A stretch of 64,000 nt of DNA from Leidyana gryllorum EB-2025a. Taxonomy: Eukaryota > Protista > Apicomplexa. This document shows, in pieces, positions 21,939 through 35,292 of the stretch. Location of the stretch: assembly GCA_048772705.1 (NCBI GenBank), contig JBLWGC010000208.1, forward strand, positions 1 to 64,000, given 5' to 3'. Below the pieces are notes generated by a model that was not told the origin of the DNA, ran no database searches, and saw only the letters and a program-made list of their open reading frames with translations. Numbering within the stretch: position 1 is the stretch's first letter; each line of letters starts with the position of its first letter. The translations under genes and the position numbers were made by a program.

Positions 21939-22418
21939 ATGTGGACACTGATCGTGACACTTATCGTAGCACTCCCTCTGGTCGACGGACTCTTCGGGGT
22001 ATTGGACCTCGTGCGATCGAGCAGTACCCTTCAGGCCTTACTTCAAGAATGGTGGCCAGTCGTGGTTGCCATCTCTACCTACATCACGATGTGGTCAGTC
22101 ACGCGACGCTGGCCCGAGATGAAGGTACACGAGGACGACCCTGTTAGTGAGCCCGCTGAAGATTTGAGTGCTGCCACACCACCCAAACAATCCGAAAAGA
22201 GCACCCGTGCCCCATCGCCACCTACCGATGACGATGGCACCCAGTATCCCGATGGTAAGCTGTCGTTTTGCGCAGGTGGGTTTTCTACTTTGGCATTAGG
22301 GTATGTTTTCACGAGCAATTACGTCAACTCGGCGGATGATCTCGAGAGACTACGGCGTGAAACCACGCAAATGGCGATGCGGGAGCTCTTCCGAAGTGAA
22401 GGTAAGGGGAAGTACTGA
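21939..22418 (+). CDS. Small membrane protein, unknown
   Basis: ORF with two hydrophobic N-terminal segments. Confidence 0.55.
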   Translation: MWTLIVTLIVALPLVDGLFGVLDLVRSSSTLQALLQEWWPVVVAISTYITMWSVTRRWPEMKVHEDDPVSEPAEDLSAATPPKQSEKSTRAPSPPTDDDGTQYPDGKLSFCAGGFSTLALGYVFTSNYVNSADDLERLRRETTQMAMRELFRSEGKGKY

Positions 22419-22553
22419 TGTTTGCATCATCACATCACAAACAGATTGGAGGGCGCACCTGCGTGAGCGCGGACGGGAAGAGTCGGCATATAACTGGCAA
22501 AGACGCCAGTCACTATCTTCGTCAGACTCCAGACCGTGCCACTGATTAGCTAG

Positions 22554-25500
22554 ATGACAGTTGCGCAAAGGGGTGAAGCTATTGTCAAGCCTCGGGAGAG
22601 CGCAGCTACTGTGTCAACTGTTCCTTCGCCTTCGTTGCCATTCCGAACATCTCAATACTCTCAGAGTGCCAGCCCGTCAAAGCTGACCTTCCGACCGTGG
22701 GGACTCTATCGTACCCCCATTGGATGGATCAGAAGAGCGAGTCGCGGTCCTCTCTTTGTACTGAGCGCCACTTGGCGGGCAGTGGATGTGCGAATACCAC
22801 TGCTTTGTTTCCTCGTCTACATTTACTTCCACTGGCTCCTCTTTAGTTTAACACTTAGGGTTGTATCCATTTTCCTGTGTCCACTGCTGTACGACTGGGC
22901 ATCGTATTGGTTCTTCTGGTTAGGATCCATACATCGCAGTCGACAGACCATTTTAGCAGCTTATTGCGCCAACCCCGAATCGCTACAACACTTCTTGAAG
23001 GTCAATCCCGTTTGGCGTCATCCCGCCAAAGTCATCGATTTCCTCATTTCCATTGTCCACCGAGTCGAAACCTATGCGGAGCAAACTTTCCTTCGTTCCC
23101 CGCCCCTGTCAATTTCCGAGAACCTACTCAGACAAGCTCTTTTCTGGAGACCTCCTGCTTTCCCTCTCTCGTCGCATGACTACTTCTGGCTGCAAGACAC
23201 ACCCGAGAACACTTGTCAGATCATTGCACTGGCTTTGGTGGACCGCATGACCATTGGGCAGCTCCAAAGAACCATCAATGAACGATGGGTTGAATGGGAC
23301 ACGAAATTCAGCTCCGTCCTAAGCAAAAGATTAGGTCGCACTTGCTGGGTACCATTACTGCGATGTCCACTATCCACAGATCAGACCTCCAATGACGAAG
23401 GACTTAATCCCCTGGCACGGGCGGGTGACGAGTCGTTCCCCGCATTCAAGCTCTCCGACCATGTCTATGAGGTCGCGATTGACTTGTGCCAAACCACCAT
23501 ATACGAAAGCCTTTCCAGTCTAGCCTCAGAGGTTCTCCCGCACACCAAACCTCGATGGAGGTTGGTCTTGCTCAATCCTATTGCTCAAGATGAAATCAAG
23601 TCAAATTTCAGCTGCCTGGCCCTGCAAGTCCATCATGGTCTGGGCGATGGCATTGCTATTGCCACAGCGGTTGTGCATCGCTTATTTGATCCCCCTCACA
23701 CTGGCGGAGCACCACCTGTGAACCCAACCGCGTGTCGCCCGTCCACCGCTGCTCCCGAATGCTTACTCGAAGCAGTGGTGCCGCCTCGACCGCCGTCGGT
23801 CATGACAGAGTGCGCTGAAGAGCGCCGTACGTTGAGAACACAGCGTCGCATCCGCCGAAATCGTGTGGAACTCCGAGACACAGCCCCCGCTCTACAGCGG
23901 GCGCAAAGCGGGCCCGCAAGGAGCAGCAGACAGCATCAGCCGTCACCGCCATCGGTTGGTGCGCCCAACGGCGCCCCTTCTGGCCGACCACTATGGTCGA
24001 GCATGGGCACTTCAAAGCCAGAGACAGCTTTCAGGGCGAGGCATAAAGAGGCAAAACCGGTCAAATCTTGGACAGGCGTACTGAATCTGCATCTGGTGCA
24101 AACAGTTGTCTATTACGCTTGGAACGTGCTGAAGTGTGCCATATATGGGATACGCGTCTTAGGTTTCTGGCTCATATGGTGCCCTAAGCCACCTGCTCTC
24201 TTCCAACCGTCGAGTGTGTCGATTATCGACCGCTCTCTTCCCACTGGAGCCAAGTTCTTGGCTCCTCCGGTCATAATCGACATGCAGAAAATGTCCACAC
24301 TTCGGCAGGCGGTCAAAGACGTCGCGGACTTTTACCCCACCATCAACGACATCATTGCGTACTGCCTGACAGTGGTGGCCGGGCGCTTGCGGTCAGGCAC
24401 AGTGGTCAAAGAACTACGTCAGAAAATGCAAGCACGCAAGCGACAAGCACTTTTAATCCAAAACCAGAACGAGAACAAGCAAGAACGAGTGACGACAGTG
24501 CCGGCTGGATACACCACCCCGTCTTTGGTACTTCGGAAGCCCACGATCTCGCGCCGATTCCCTTTCAATCACATTTGCGAGGGAGTTCCCAAAGATCCAA
24601 TCGAAGTGGACCTTAGTACCCCAACGGCTCTCAGATCTCACCCGGTATCTTTCTTTCCGCAATCGGGGGCTGCAGGGTTGCGGAACGTGCCATCTGAACA
24701 ATGTACCCATCAGGACGAGAATTGCGGCCCTCTACCTGCTGGTGGAGAGACTAGCGGTCATGATGCCCCTGCGACTAGATGGAAATCTTGTGTCGCCAAG
24801 TGGTTGAATTCTCCTGAGAGGTTTTATCACCCGTATGCCTCCAGCTTCGAGTCCTATTTGCAGCTATTGATACCAATGACTACCAGAACCAGCATGCCGA
24901 CTGCTATGGACAATTTCACGGGTCCAGTGCTCGTGAGACTCCCTCTAATCTCCTATACTGAGATGAAGTTCGTCAAAGATATCCAAGAATGGTCGAAAGT
25001 ACTGCATAGTACAGTTGGAGAAGTCAGCCGCGACCTCTTGCTCGCACTGAAGCATCTCAAGGTACGCGTCCTCCTCCAAGGCAGGGGTATAATGAGACTT
25101 TGTTGTGTTCAGATGGTGAAAGCGGAGATTGATGAGATGAAGCGCACGGATCTCGGGCCGGTGTTCTTTCTTCTCGTTTGTCTGGCGTGTAAAGTATTAC
25201 CTGACTTTATCTCAAAAGTAAGTGACAAAAAAGCCTTAGAACTCTCAGTTGACACACTTACATAGCGTATTGTGACCGAAACAAACGATAGGATGCAAGT
25301 TTTGCTAACCAATGTCATCGGTCCCACCGAAGAACGCACCATTTCAGGCTGCTCCGTCAAAAGTTTGCAGTTTTGGCCGCCTGCCAAAGGAGAGGTGACG
25401 GGAGGGATCGCCATCCTGTCGTTCAAGGACAAATTGCAGATCTTCAGTATATTCGATGAATCAGAGTTCAAGACAATTTTCGGAGCCGAAGATTATGCCT

Positions 25501-25649
25501 CTTTAACAAAGCATGATCGGGCCGCTCTATCACAGTTTGTGGGAAATTTGATCAAGGCCGAGTTCTTGAACTTGTACGACACGATCGTCCACACGGGTTT
25601 AGAAAGGCTCGGTCTTGATGAAAGTGAGCGGGGGTACAAACAGAACTAA
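22554..25649 (+). CDS. Wax ester synthase/diacylglycerol acyltransferase (WS/DGAT)-like protein
   Basis: HHGLGDG (HHxxxDG) catalytic motif, PRWRLVLL, PTINDII, C-terminal TNVIGP. Confidence 0.8.
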
Positions 25650-25651
25650 GC

Positions 25652-28600
25652 TTAGGCCGCCTGGATAGAACGCGATTCGGAGTTGGACTCGAAAGAGATC
25701 TCTGACACGTTGGGTGCTTCGAAGTCTTCAGGCGTTGGAGAGGCCGGAGGACCCTGGCTAGTTGCAGAAGCTAATGTCAGAAATTTGATTAATGAGAATG
25801 GCACAACCATTAGTTTACCATTAGCATTATCCCCAGCACTTCCCATTTGATTCGTCGGGTTGACACGTTTGCCGCCTCCTGTACGGTGGGTGGGTTTAGT
25901 GACCGTCTGACTCGATCTGATAGATGGTGGTGACGTCTTGTTGACGGCGGCCGCCGGCCCCTTGGAAGGCGGTCGCGGAGCGGTCGTGTTGCGGAAGAGG
26001 TTCGCCGACGATCTGGTCATACTCATGAACCCGGGAGATCCCCCAACTTTCACAGTAGCAGATCGAGGATACCTCGACGACGAGACACTTGCTGAGGCGG
26101 TAACCGCTGTAGGAAGCGGAGCAGCAACAGTATGTGGCGGTGAGGGTCGAACGGCGGCTGAAGGGACCGGCTTGCGCTCTGTCATGTTACGGTCTGGAGT
26201 GTTGCGTACACCAGACTGATACAAAGCGCCCGACTGGCCTAAAGCCGTGCGCGGAGACGCACCCGTCAAGGGCGCCGCGAATCCACTGCCCCGTGATGCA
26301 TTCAGCGCAGGACCATTGTTAGGCCTAATAGGTTGCTTCTCGGCGCCCCGCCTAGTGGTAACCTGACCCGAGGCGGTTCTCATAGATTGGGGCATGGACT
26401 TGTCTGCTGGGCCTGTTGCGCGATGTGTGCGTTGAGAGAGTGTGTATTTCGAACACTTTACCTCCGCTGGGGAAACTCTTGTTGTAGTTCTCTCCCAGGA
26501 CGAATGTCAAAGCCGAACGCGCTTCGGTCGAAGAAGACTCCGCCAATACAAGTTCCCGTAGTGTACGATAGAAGGCGATCTCATTCCAGCTTCGCTTTTG
26601 ATTCGGCCCTCTTGGCGGGACTGCAACATGAACTTGTATGGGTCTCACCGGAGGAAGATGGCGGCTGCTGTCGTACCGCGCCATCCCAAGTGTCAATTAG
26701 CACCTTACCTGCAGTGTGCTTGTCCATGGACTCTGTTGCTTTAGAACATGCCCTGAGGCAAATTTCTGGCCCTAACCGGCGAACTGCCTTCATAAGCTGT
26801 AGATCGGGAGGTGATGGCGGTGCGGGAGTCGACTTGGGCTCCGAAAAGGTACATCTTATTGCATTGTATGTAGCTCGCTCCATCGCATTGAGGTCGGCTT
26901 CGATCCATTTGCCGAAGTTCTTCTTGTCGTAGACGACAAGCTCCAAAGCCTTAGACCCATTCATCGGCACGACAAGATCAGCTGCAAACCGACTCTTCAG
27001 AGCTTCCACGAGGTTTGTGGGGTCTTCTGCACTCCTATAGGTGGCCCAGAGCTTCGCTACACGGAACAACTGTGGGTGGAGGGGGAGAAGAAGAAGTCAT
27101 TGAGATCAGTTAGTTTCAGACGTACCACAGGGTAGTGCCGGCGGAGTTGAGCAACGTGCACGGAAGTCAGACCCCAACTATCAGGGGAGAGTACGCATTC
27201 AACGAGGGAGAATGGACGATCTTCGTTGCCTTCGACCTGTGCGGGCAACGAGGCTGTTTTGACATGATGGATCATCTTCTCGGCCAGCTGTATGTTTCCC
27301 CAGGCTATAGCAACGAAAATGGGGGATCGATGATGACGATCCAATTCCATCAACATTCGAGGATCAACTGACGGAATTTGACTTTCCGATAGCGGACAAT
27401 TGTGCGAACTCACATTGACATTCCTTGGACATCGCATCGAAGAACCCGCACGCCAGCTCCGTATCGCTCAACGCAGCAGCATAGTGGAACAAGTTTCTTC
27501 GCATGCTGTCCAGGCCGCCAACTGGAGACTGTGTAAAGTGGAGATCTGTAAAGACACTTACGAGGAGCTCCATGAGCGATGAGTCGCTTGGCAATCCCAA
27601 CATGCCCTCGGATGGCTGCGATGTGGAGAGCGTTGCTATGAACGGGCTCCTGGCCGGGATTCGGTGGACAAGTATGTGCTAACTGAGTATCTAGATTCAC
27701 TTGTGGATAGGTAAGGATCCCCTGCAGCCGGAATTAGATTCACTCACTGGCCAGCGGCGGCACTCTCACCTCAACCGCCTCTTCGTTACATCGTGCTACT
27801 GCCGTCAAAAGAGGAGTCCACCCCCGATGGTCCACTTGATTGATCAGCTGAGCAAAATTAGGTTTGTCAGGTGTAACTTCGGGTCGTGAGCCGGAAGTAG
27901 CTTTCCGTTCTTCGATCCTGCCATGAGTCTTTTCAATGCGTCGGAGTACCTTGCGTAGGAGGGGAGCGTCGCCGGTAGCTGCCAGACAATGGAAAATGTT
28001 GCGGCCGTTGCCGTTCGAAACAGTCAGATCAGCTCCGTTCTTCAGACAGGCCTCCAATATCTCTGACGATCCCATCATCGCGCCAGCGAAAACTGTATCC
28101 CTGACAGACTCCGCATTGCGCTCCTTTGCGTCGGTGTCGTTAGCGGCTGTTGGCGCAGGCGGCGTTGGGTTCGCATCGGACTGTTGAAGAACCTCCTGTA
28201 AAATTTCCGCACCAGGTAGCTGCTTCGGCCCGACAGTAATTGCTTCGGGTATTACGCAGGGAAAGCATACTTCGCATCCCTCGACAGCTTCCATCAACTC
28301 AGGCGCTTGCCCCTGGAAGGCTCGGCTCACTAAGTTTGCGACACGAGCCTTCTGAGGATCTCCCGAGCTGTGCTTGGTTCTTGACGATGATCGATGTGAG
28401 GGTCGGGTAGGAGTGGGGCGGGCATCGGGGGCGGGCATTATCACTGAACTGGTGAGGTTCTCGACCACCGATCGCTCATCATCCACCTGTTGAGGAGGGG
28501 TCTCCGATCTCAGATCCGAGGGCTGTTCGGCCGTATCAGGCTGACGATTTTCAGCACCAGAAATGTCGGATCCTTCGTCTCTCTGCTTTTTTGCCGCCTT

Positions 28601-28699
28601 GCGTGTCTTCCGGGGAGAGGGACCCTCCAAACTGGGAGCTTGCGTCACGGTGGTGGACTCCATATCCTCGTTGATAAAGGTAACAGAGACAGTTCGCAC
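25652..28699 (-). CDS. Ankyrin-repeat protein with disordered termini (multi-exon; boundaries approximate)
   Basis: NGRNIFHCLA, RGWTPLLTAV, SNALHIAAIRGH, RRNLFHYAA, WGLTSVHVA repeats. Confidence 0.75.
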
Positions 28700-28764
28700 G
28701 ACTTTTGAAAAAATCGGCCTAATGGTGTCGCAACTCCAAACCCCTACACCAAATTATCCAAACT

Positions 28765-29487
28765 ATGTCGATTCTACTCCTGGCATCGTTGCTCTTGTCA
28801 ACAGTATCCCGGGCTGCGGTAGAGAAGCTGGAGTTACGTAAATGTGATGGAGGAGCGGCCTGTCACGACCAATGTGTGGCTTGTGTGCCCTCAGATGATT
28901 CTAAACCTTTCAAAGATCAACTGGACTGTCTGATTAAGAATAACAAGGCAAATCCAAGTTGCGCCACAGAAGTTGTGATCTCCGAATGGTGGAAGATCTC
29001 CCACTACTGCGTCGCGTCAGACTCCTTTCTCGGCGGCTGGGGCTTCCGGATCCCATTGGCGCAATTCCTGGTCCCAAGCAAAGTTTTGTCTGCAAGATTT
29101 GAAGCGACACTGGTACCCACTACGGGTGACCACGACATTTTGCAGGAAGATTCGGTGAAAGCGGCAATGGCTCTTGCTGTCGACTTATCTGACAACCCAA
29201 AACAGAGCATGATCAGGACCTGCAAACTCAGCGCCAAGGATGGCTATACTGGCCTCATAAAGGTCATTCAAGACGCGCCTGCTGACGCTGAGTCCCTGAA
29301 TTCCACCATCTCCCGCCCAATCCGATTCAATGTCGAGAGCCCGGCCTTTGCTGGAGACGAAGCTGTTTATGGCGACAAGTTAGTTGTGGAGATCATCACG
29401 GACGCACAGAAAATCGCAAACAATGGTGTTCTGCCCCCTGCGCTGGATTACCCCAAATTCTACATCACACATGTTCTCAGTTTCTGA
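28765..29487 (+). CDS. Putative secreted Cys-containing protein
   Basis: Signal-peptide-like MSILLLASLLLSTVSRA; intronless 240-aa ORF. Confidence 0.7.
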   Translation: MSILLLASLLLSTVSRAAVEKLELRKCDGGAACHDQCVACVPSDDSKPFKDQLDCLIKNNKANPSCATEVVISEWWKISHYCVASDSFLGGWGFRIPLAQFLVPSKVLSARFEATLVPTTGDHDILQEDSVKAAMALAVDLSDNPKQSMIRTCKLSAKDGYTGLIKVIQDAPADAESLNSTISRPIRFNVESPAFAGDEAVYGDKLVVEIITDAQKIANNGVLPPALDYPKFYITHVLSF

Positions 29488-29583
29488 GCGAAGAGGTCAC
29501 GCACACACCTCCGGTGAGGAGATGTGTACAGACAGCTCGCTTCCGGTGAATTGGGTTATTCAGAGCAAGTCAGCAATGACGAG

Positions 29584-31271
29584 TTACATCTCGATTATAG
29601 CCTCTTCAAGCATTGCATCCAAGAAAGTCTGGCCTGTTTCCTTCATTCTGGACTTAGCAGCATCTTCTCTCCGTCTGGCTGCTCGAACGATCTCGAACTG
29701 TCTCAACTCTCGTATTTTCCTCCTAGAATAAGATCGCATCGCTTCGGCATCGGCGTCCCGTGGGAGCTGGACACCCAACACCTCCTCGGAATCCCCTGCG
29801 AGCCCATTGATATCCTGTAAGGTCATCAAGTACTGCCTTAAAATGTTCTCATCGTGGTCGTCGTATCTATCCACATCAGACACTACAGCAGCCATACCAG
29901 CGAACTTGCGCCAATCCCCAGACCGAAAGAAATCCTCTCTCTCTTCTTGCGATCTCAGATCATATCTCCATCGCGCGCATCGCAGCAACAGCCTTGAGAT
30001 CAGTCGCTCACAACGCATGAGCGGCCAAAAAGGTAGAGCATCCCGCCACTGTATCTCTCTCCACTCCAAATCTTCCCGAGACTTAAGACAGGTAACCATG
30101 AACCGTACGAGGGTGCGTTTGCAGACTGCTTGCAGAGTTGCCCAGTTCGAAAACGCTCTCTGGAAGATGTGACTATGATATCGATGACGTAAAGACTGGG
30201 CCGTCCTGGAAGAGTTAGTCAGACGATGTCTAATGTACAACCATGGAATCTTGGACCTCGGGTACTGTACTCCGGTGCACTCCCGTATGAGCCTAAGCAT
30301 CTCCTCATCCTCGGCAGCGGTCCACCGACCGGCTGCATTCTTGCTATAGTCGGGCTGCACACCTTCGAGGGACGCGATCGCTAGTGCTTCCAGCCTCCCC
30401 GTCAACTTCAAATCATAGTAGTGATCGCGGCAGGCTCTCCAGTACCTTCCGATCTGCAAACTCACATCCTTCCATGGAATTTTGACGGGATCGGTAGAGG
30501 ATTGGACCAACTCAACCAGCTCTCTGTCATCCTCCGTCGACCATCTGCCACTTTTTTTCCAGGGATAGAAGTGAGTGGCCACATGTTGAATAACAGACTC
30601 AATATGCCGGTGGGGTAATACTTCAGCGACATGTAACCACCTTGACCGTTCCTTGCGGCCACCAGCTTTGTCAAAGACCAGCCATTTCAAGCCCTGTTCA
30701 CGCTCCATACCGAGCTCCTGTTCGACAGAATGAGTTCGGTCTCCTGGATGTCAAATCTTACCTTGAAATATTGAGTCAAGCGATCATTAAGCAGAGCGTT
30801 CTCCGCCTCTGAAAAGGGACCTTTGACAACAATGCCATTACTCTTCTGCAAGTCAGACCACTTCCGATGATCCAAGAGTGTGGTGGCGGGGTCAGGTGGG
30901 CGTTCTCTAAGATTGATACTCTCGCTTTTATAATGGACAGCTTCGACCGCGTCCACGGGGGTCCCTACTGCTAGACGTTCCGCCGTTGTTCTTTCACGCC
31001 GCCTCTCCCGATTGTTCTTAGGGGTCTCGGGGGGCGGAAAAGAGATTGGCTGTGACAGAGAAGCAAGAGGAGTATTTGCTACTGTCGACGGGGTGCTCGG
31101 CTCGTCGACATTCTCGGCATCGGCTCCTATCTTCGATTCCAGCGAGTACTTCTCCGTCAGAAGCCGTAAACGGCGCTCAATAGCAGTCTCTCCGAACCGC
31201 CATCTTGCGAGATTGCGGCGTGGCCCGCCCATCTTCCCCAATGTGACAAAAAAATTAGGAGGACCGCCCAT
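29584..31271 (-). CDS. Myb-domain DNA-binding protein, Reb1/TTF1/DMTF1-like
   Basis: KGPFSEAENALL, KSGRWSTEDDRELVELV..IPWKDVS..IGRYWRACRDHY, GRWTAAEDEEML. Confidence 0.8.
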
Positions 31272-31376
31272 CTTAAGCAGCCTGCGGCAAAGTCACATTC
31301 AATACTGTATCGCGCATCAGTCGGTTCTGACGCCTCCGGAGGTTATACTCCCGCACAACGGCGGCTGCATGTCAGA

Positions 31377-31766
31377 TTAAAGGATTCTTTGGGTGCACCT
31401 ACCGATCTTTATCCAAGCACAGGCTAATTTGAGGGTCAAATAGGTGACGTGTATTATCTGTATTCTTAGTAGAATGCCACTCATCACACCCTTCCAAGAG
31501 CGAGGATGAACTTGCTGCTTTTCTCCTTGCGGCCTCATCTCGGCACCCGCACTCACCTGATCCAACTCCCTCTGCAAAGCACTTCTTCTGTCCACCAGGT
31601 TCCACATCCAGCGATTGATGACCTCGTCACTCGTTCCTTCAAAGGCATTGGGACTCGCCGGAGGCTCGAAAACCGGTGTCACCGTACTCGCCGTTATTAC
31701 CGCCTGCAATGCTCGATTAGCGACAGGCATTCGCTTTGTGTCGAGTCGACACGCTGGTGGTGTCAT
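31377..31766 (-). CDS. Hypothetical protein
   Basis: 129-aa ORF filling the gap, preceded by AT-rich AAAATTTTGC. Confidence 0.45.
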   Translation of the reverse strand: MTPPACRLDTKRMPVANRALQAVITASTVTPVFEPPASPNAFEGTSDEVINRWMWNLVDRRSALQRELDQVSAGAEMRPQGEKQQVHPRSWKGVMSGILLRIQIIHVTYLTLKLACAWIKIGRCTQRIL

Positions 31767-31775
31767 GCAAAATTT

Positions 31776-33629
31776 TCAAGTAAGGTTTCCAGGTACAGCA
31801 TTCCTCATCCCCATGTTAAATACTTTGCCTGGAGCCGACTCGATTGCATTATCTACCCTTCCCATGCGTGCTTTCGCTCGTTCACCAAGGGACGGTCCTT
31901 TGTCCTCCTCCTTCGGCCCAATCTCCTCTGCCATCTCCTTCATTTCCTCCATACCATCATCCTCGACACCCAACTCCGCCTGTAATCTCTCCCACTTGCT
32001 GATTGTCTTCGGATCCAGAAGATCGTAAGCAGGACGCTCTTGTGGGAAAATGATCAGCCACACGAAGGAAGCCGTGCAAACCACCACCATGACCCAAACG
32101 AACACATAACGCCGGTAGAAATTGCTGATAGATCGTAAGCAAACGGATCTAAGTGTTGCTCACGAGAATAGCTTGATGTGGAATCTTTGTAACGAGAATA
32201 GCACTTCAGCTTCGGTGTCAGGCGAATACCCCGTAAAAGCTTCGTAGGTTAGCTGGACCACCGCTGTGGCACTCAATATACACAAGGCGATGTGGAATAG
32301 AAGGGCGTTCAGATGAGTATCTGCCCGCTTCAACGGCTGCATGGGTAGGCAGCTTTGAATCTGATGCGTGAATGTCAAACCAGCGTTATCGTAGGGGGCC
32401 TACTCGCAAGCTTATCCGAATGTTGCCATGCAGACTGGCTGCAACAAAGTAGCCACTCAGAATCAGATACAAGACCAAATCGGGTGCGAGAATCCGAGAT
32501 TTGGCAAGAACTTGCAATAATTGCGACATCAAGGTGAAACTGGGCTCGCGACCCGTGATATCGGGAACCAGCATACAAACAAATATCTGGAGGATCCAGG
32601 CGATCGTGAGAGCCATGAAGATCACGCCCAGTGTCAGTACCCCCCAGGCTTTGAGTGGGTTCATTCCCCGTTTTTTGTATGCTTCCTCCAACATATCGTA
32701 CTCATTCTCCAGTAAATGCACCACTTGTTTGAATTTTGCCAAGCGAGACCGGAACTTTACACGTTGCGCAGCCTTAGTCACCCCGGATTTGGCAGATATT
32801 GCTCCTTCTTTCTTCTTTAGAGTTTCCCCAACCTTCCGCAAAGCCTGTGCCCGCTCACCTAGAATCTTCCGCATCCGTCTGAGGGAAGCTGAGATGGTCT
32901 CCGAAGGGCTCAACTTACTCGTATTGCGCAGGAAGGATTGGCTGTGGTCTGCTGATAAACTGTTGGATCAACGACAACGGAAGGGATGCCAACCCAACTC
33001 CGCCTTGGAACATGAGTAAGAGCCATCCGAAAAATCCTGGAAGCGCCACCAGGAACGTGAGGAAGGCCAACGAGCTCTTCTTTGTCTCGCTACGCATCGT
33101 GAAGCTTAGTGATGCGATATCATTGGTGGGTATCTCATCCTGCAGTGCAGTGTCAACACCTGTCTCCACACGATGGCTGATTAGGTACAACAAACCAATA
33201 ATCGCCCAACATGCCGTGGAAGTAATTGCTGTATTGATCACGGCCTTACGCCAGGGCGGAGTTTTAGACAAGCGTACATCAGAGTCAGCCCTATCGAAGA
33301 AATTGAGAAACCTTCGTGAGCACTTACTCGTAGAAAAACACAGCAAATGGCAGAATACTCGTTAAGTACACGCAAACAAAGAGATAGACGAGTTGCCAGT
33401 AATACAGCATGTTCAATCCACCGTCATAGGTAGCGTTGTACACATCCGTCGGTAGCAATGTACAGAGCATGCAGACAATTTGTCCGCCAATGAGAGCAAT
33501 TATCTGTGCGAGGATGCCCTGGTTGTACTTGTAGTCATCCACATGCATATAGAAGTAGAGAAATCTCATGTTAGCGAACAGCAGCAGCACATTGAATGCT
33601 GCTATGATAATGAGAATCCACCAATGCAT
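31776..33629 (-). CDS. LMBR1-like multi-pass membrane protein (multi-exon)
   Basis: LLPTDVYN, ILPFAVFFYE, GGVGLASLPLSLIQQFISRP, PLKRADTHLNALLF. Confidence 0.85.
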
Positions 33630-33661
33630 CTTGGAGTATTAGCACACGCGTGTGCCTGGCA

Positions 33662-34920
33662 ATGGCGCCACGGCGAGGAGGTCGCTCTTCTCTTGTTAGT
33701 CAGCTTGGTCTGTGGGCGGTGCTCTTGGCTACTTTTCAAGAGTCTCTGAGGTGGGCACCGTGCGTTGTCTCTCACAATATTTTCACTAGCTATCTGTTCA
33801 TTGTACTGTTACCGACAGCATTGTATCCAAAAAGACTAACTGAGGAGACCCTGTGGAATTGGCTGTGGACCCATTTCCGTGAGGCTGCTTGCTGACTGGT
33901 CTTGTACACCATGTGAAATGTGCAGGCGTAGCGGTCCGACTAAGTGCATTTTTATCTTTCTTATTGCTTTTCGCCTGGTCCACCTACAAGGCTGCTATCA
34001 CTGATCCGGGTCGCGTCCCAGGTACTGCACCTTATCACCAAAAAATGACACAATTGTAGACACTGACGAATGGCGGGAGAAGCCAGATTGGACTCGCATC
34101 TATCAACGCTTTGAAGGAGGATTGCGATATGACATGTAGGTCAAGTTCGCTCTCTCACTAATCTCCTATCAGACGCGAAAAGAAATACGGTGAGCATTTG
34201 GACCGAAACGATGAATCGCGACAGTGCCGGACCGCGCTGAGTATGAACGTCGGATCGGTCATATAGTACTAAAGATCGATCACGACTGCCCTTGGGTGAA
34301 CAATGTGTGAGTGGGAATAGAAGTCCGCTGGTAGATACATGAACGCTCAGTATCGGACACCGAAACTATCGGTTCTTCCACCAATGCTGCCTCCATGCAA
34401 CAATACTCACGGTGTGGGTGCTGGTGGATACCCTTCTCATGCTCATTGCCAGATGGAACAATATCATGGTGAGGCGTCAGAACAGATTCCCATTCTTGCA
34501 GTTCACATGGAGTCATATATACGCGCTATTAGCCACAGTCTGGGTGACCAGTCTGTTCATGGCTGCAGCGGCTGGATTATATATCTTTCACTTCAACTTA
34601 ATACTGAAGGTGACAGTGTCTGCAAGCTGCCTGTCATTGAAACAACGCAGAATGTGACAACCAGAGAGTATTTTCATGATAACAATGTTCTGCAGCGAGG
34701 GTCCATGTGGGATTTAGGCAGTCCGTGGGAGAACTGGAAGGCTGGTAAGACCTTACTCTGAATAATGACACTACAAATAGTATATGGCACAAATGTCTTG
34801 CAATGGCTGGTGCCAATTGGTGAACCCATTGACGATGGCTTGTACTTCCCTTGTCCCAAGCTGCAAAACGTCGACGAGACGAATCCAGAAGCTTCAATCC
34901 TCCAAGCCCCTTCAGAATAG
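33662..34920 (+). CDS. DHHC-family palmitoyltransferase-like protein with DHDC variant (multi-exon)
   Basis: TDPGRVP, VLKIDHDCPWVNN, IGHRNYRFF, NVTTRE, WDLGSPWENWK. Confidence 0.82.
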
Positions 34921-35292
34921 ATACTTTGCATCCTCCACTCCAGGGCGATCTTCCGGCTCGGAAACGACGTCCTCCGAGCTTATCGAGTCGGTGGCCGTTT
35001 GATCTCCGCCCTCATCTGTACCGCCCATAGCCAACATGGCATCCTGAGCTTCGGTGGTGGCGATGACGTCGACGACTCCACTTTCAGTTCGCTCTCGTAG
35101 CTCGAAACCTTGTCCTCGGAAAATCAGATCGTCCAAATCAACGAGGTCGGGTAGCCATTCCAGGCGAGCGGCACCCAACACAAGAAGCAACACACTTATG
35201 TATCCAAAGATCATCGGAGGAGAAAAAGGGTGAATATAACCGCATGCATTGCAATGGAATCGATTGTCGGGAGCGGTGTCGCTGGCTTTCAC
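34912..35292 (-). CDS. Small hypothetical protein (hydrophobic segment, acidic tail); start uncertain
   Basis: ORF with MIFGYISVLLLVLGAA; could be a terminal exon of the upstream gene. Confidence 0.4.
   Translation of the reverse strand: MKASDTAPDNRFHCNACGYIHPFSPPMIFGYISVLLLVLGAARLEWLPDLVDLDDLIFRGQGFELRERTESGVVDVIATTEAQDAMLAMGGTDEGGDQTATDSISSEDVVSEPEDRPGVEDAKYLF

Noticed and set aside
29584-31271. Myb protein as a telomere-binding (TRF/telobox) partner of TERT
   Set aside because: Repeat pattern fits Reb1/TTF1/DMTF1-like proteins; no telobox LKDKWRN motif; linkage alone is not evidence
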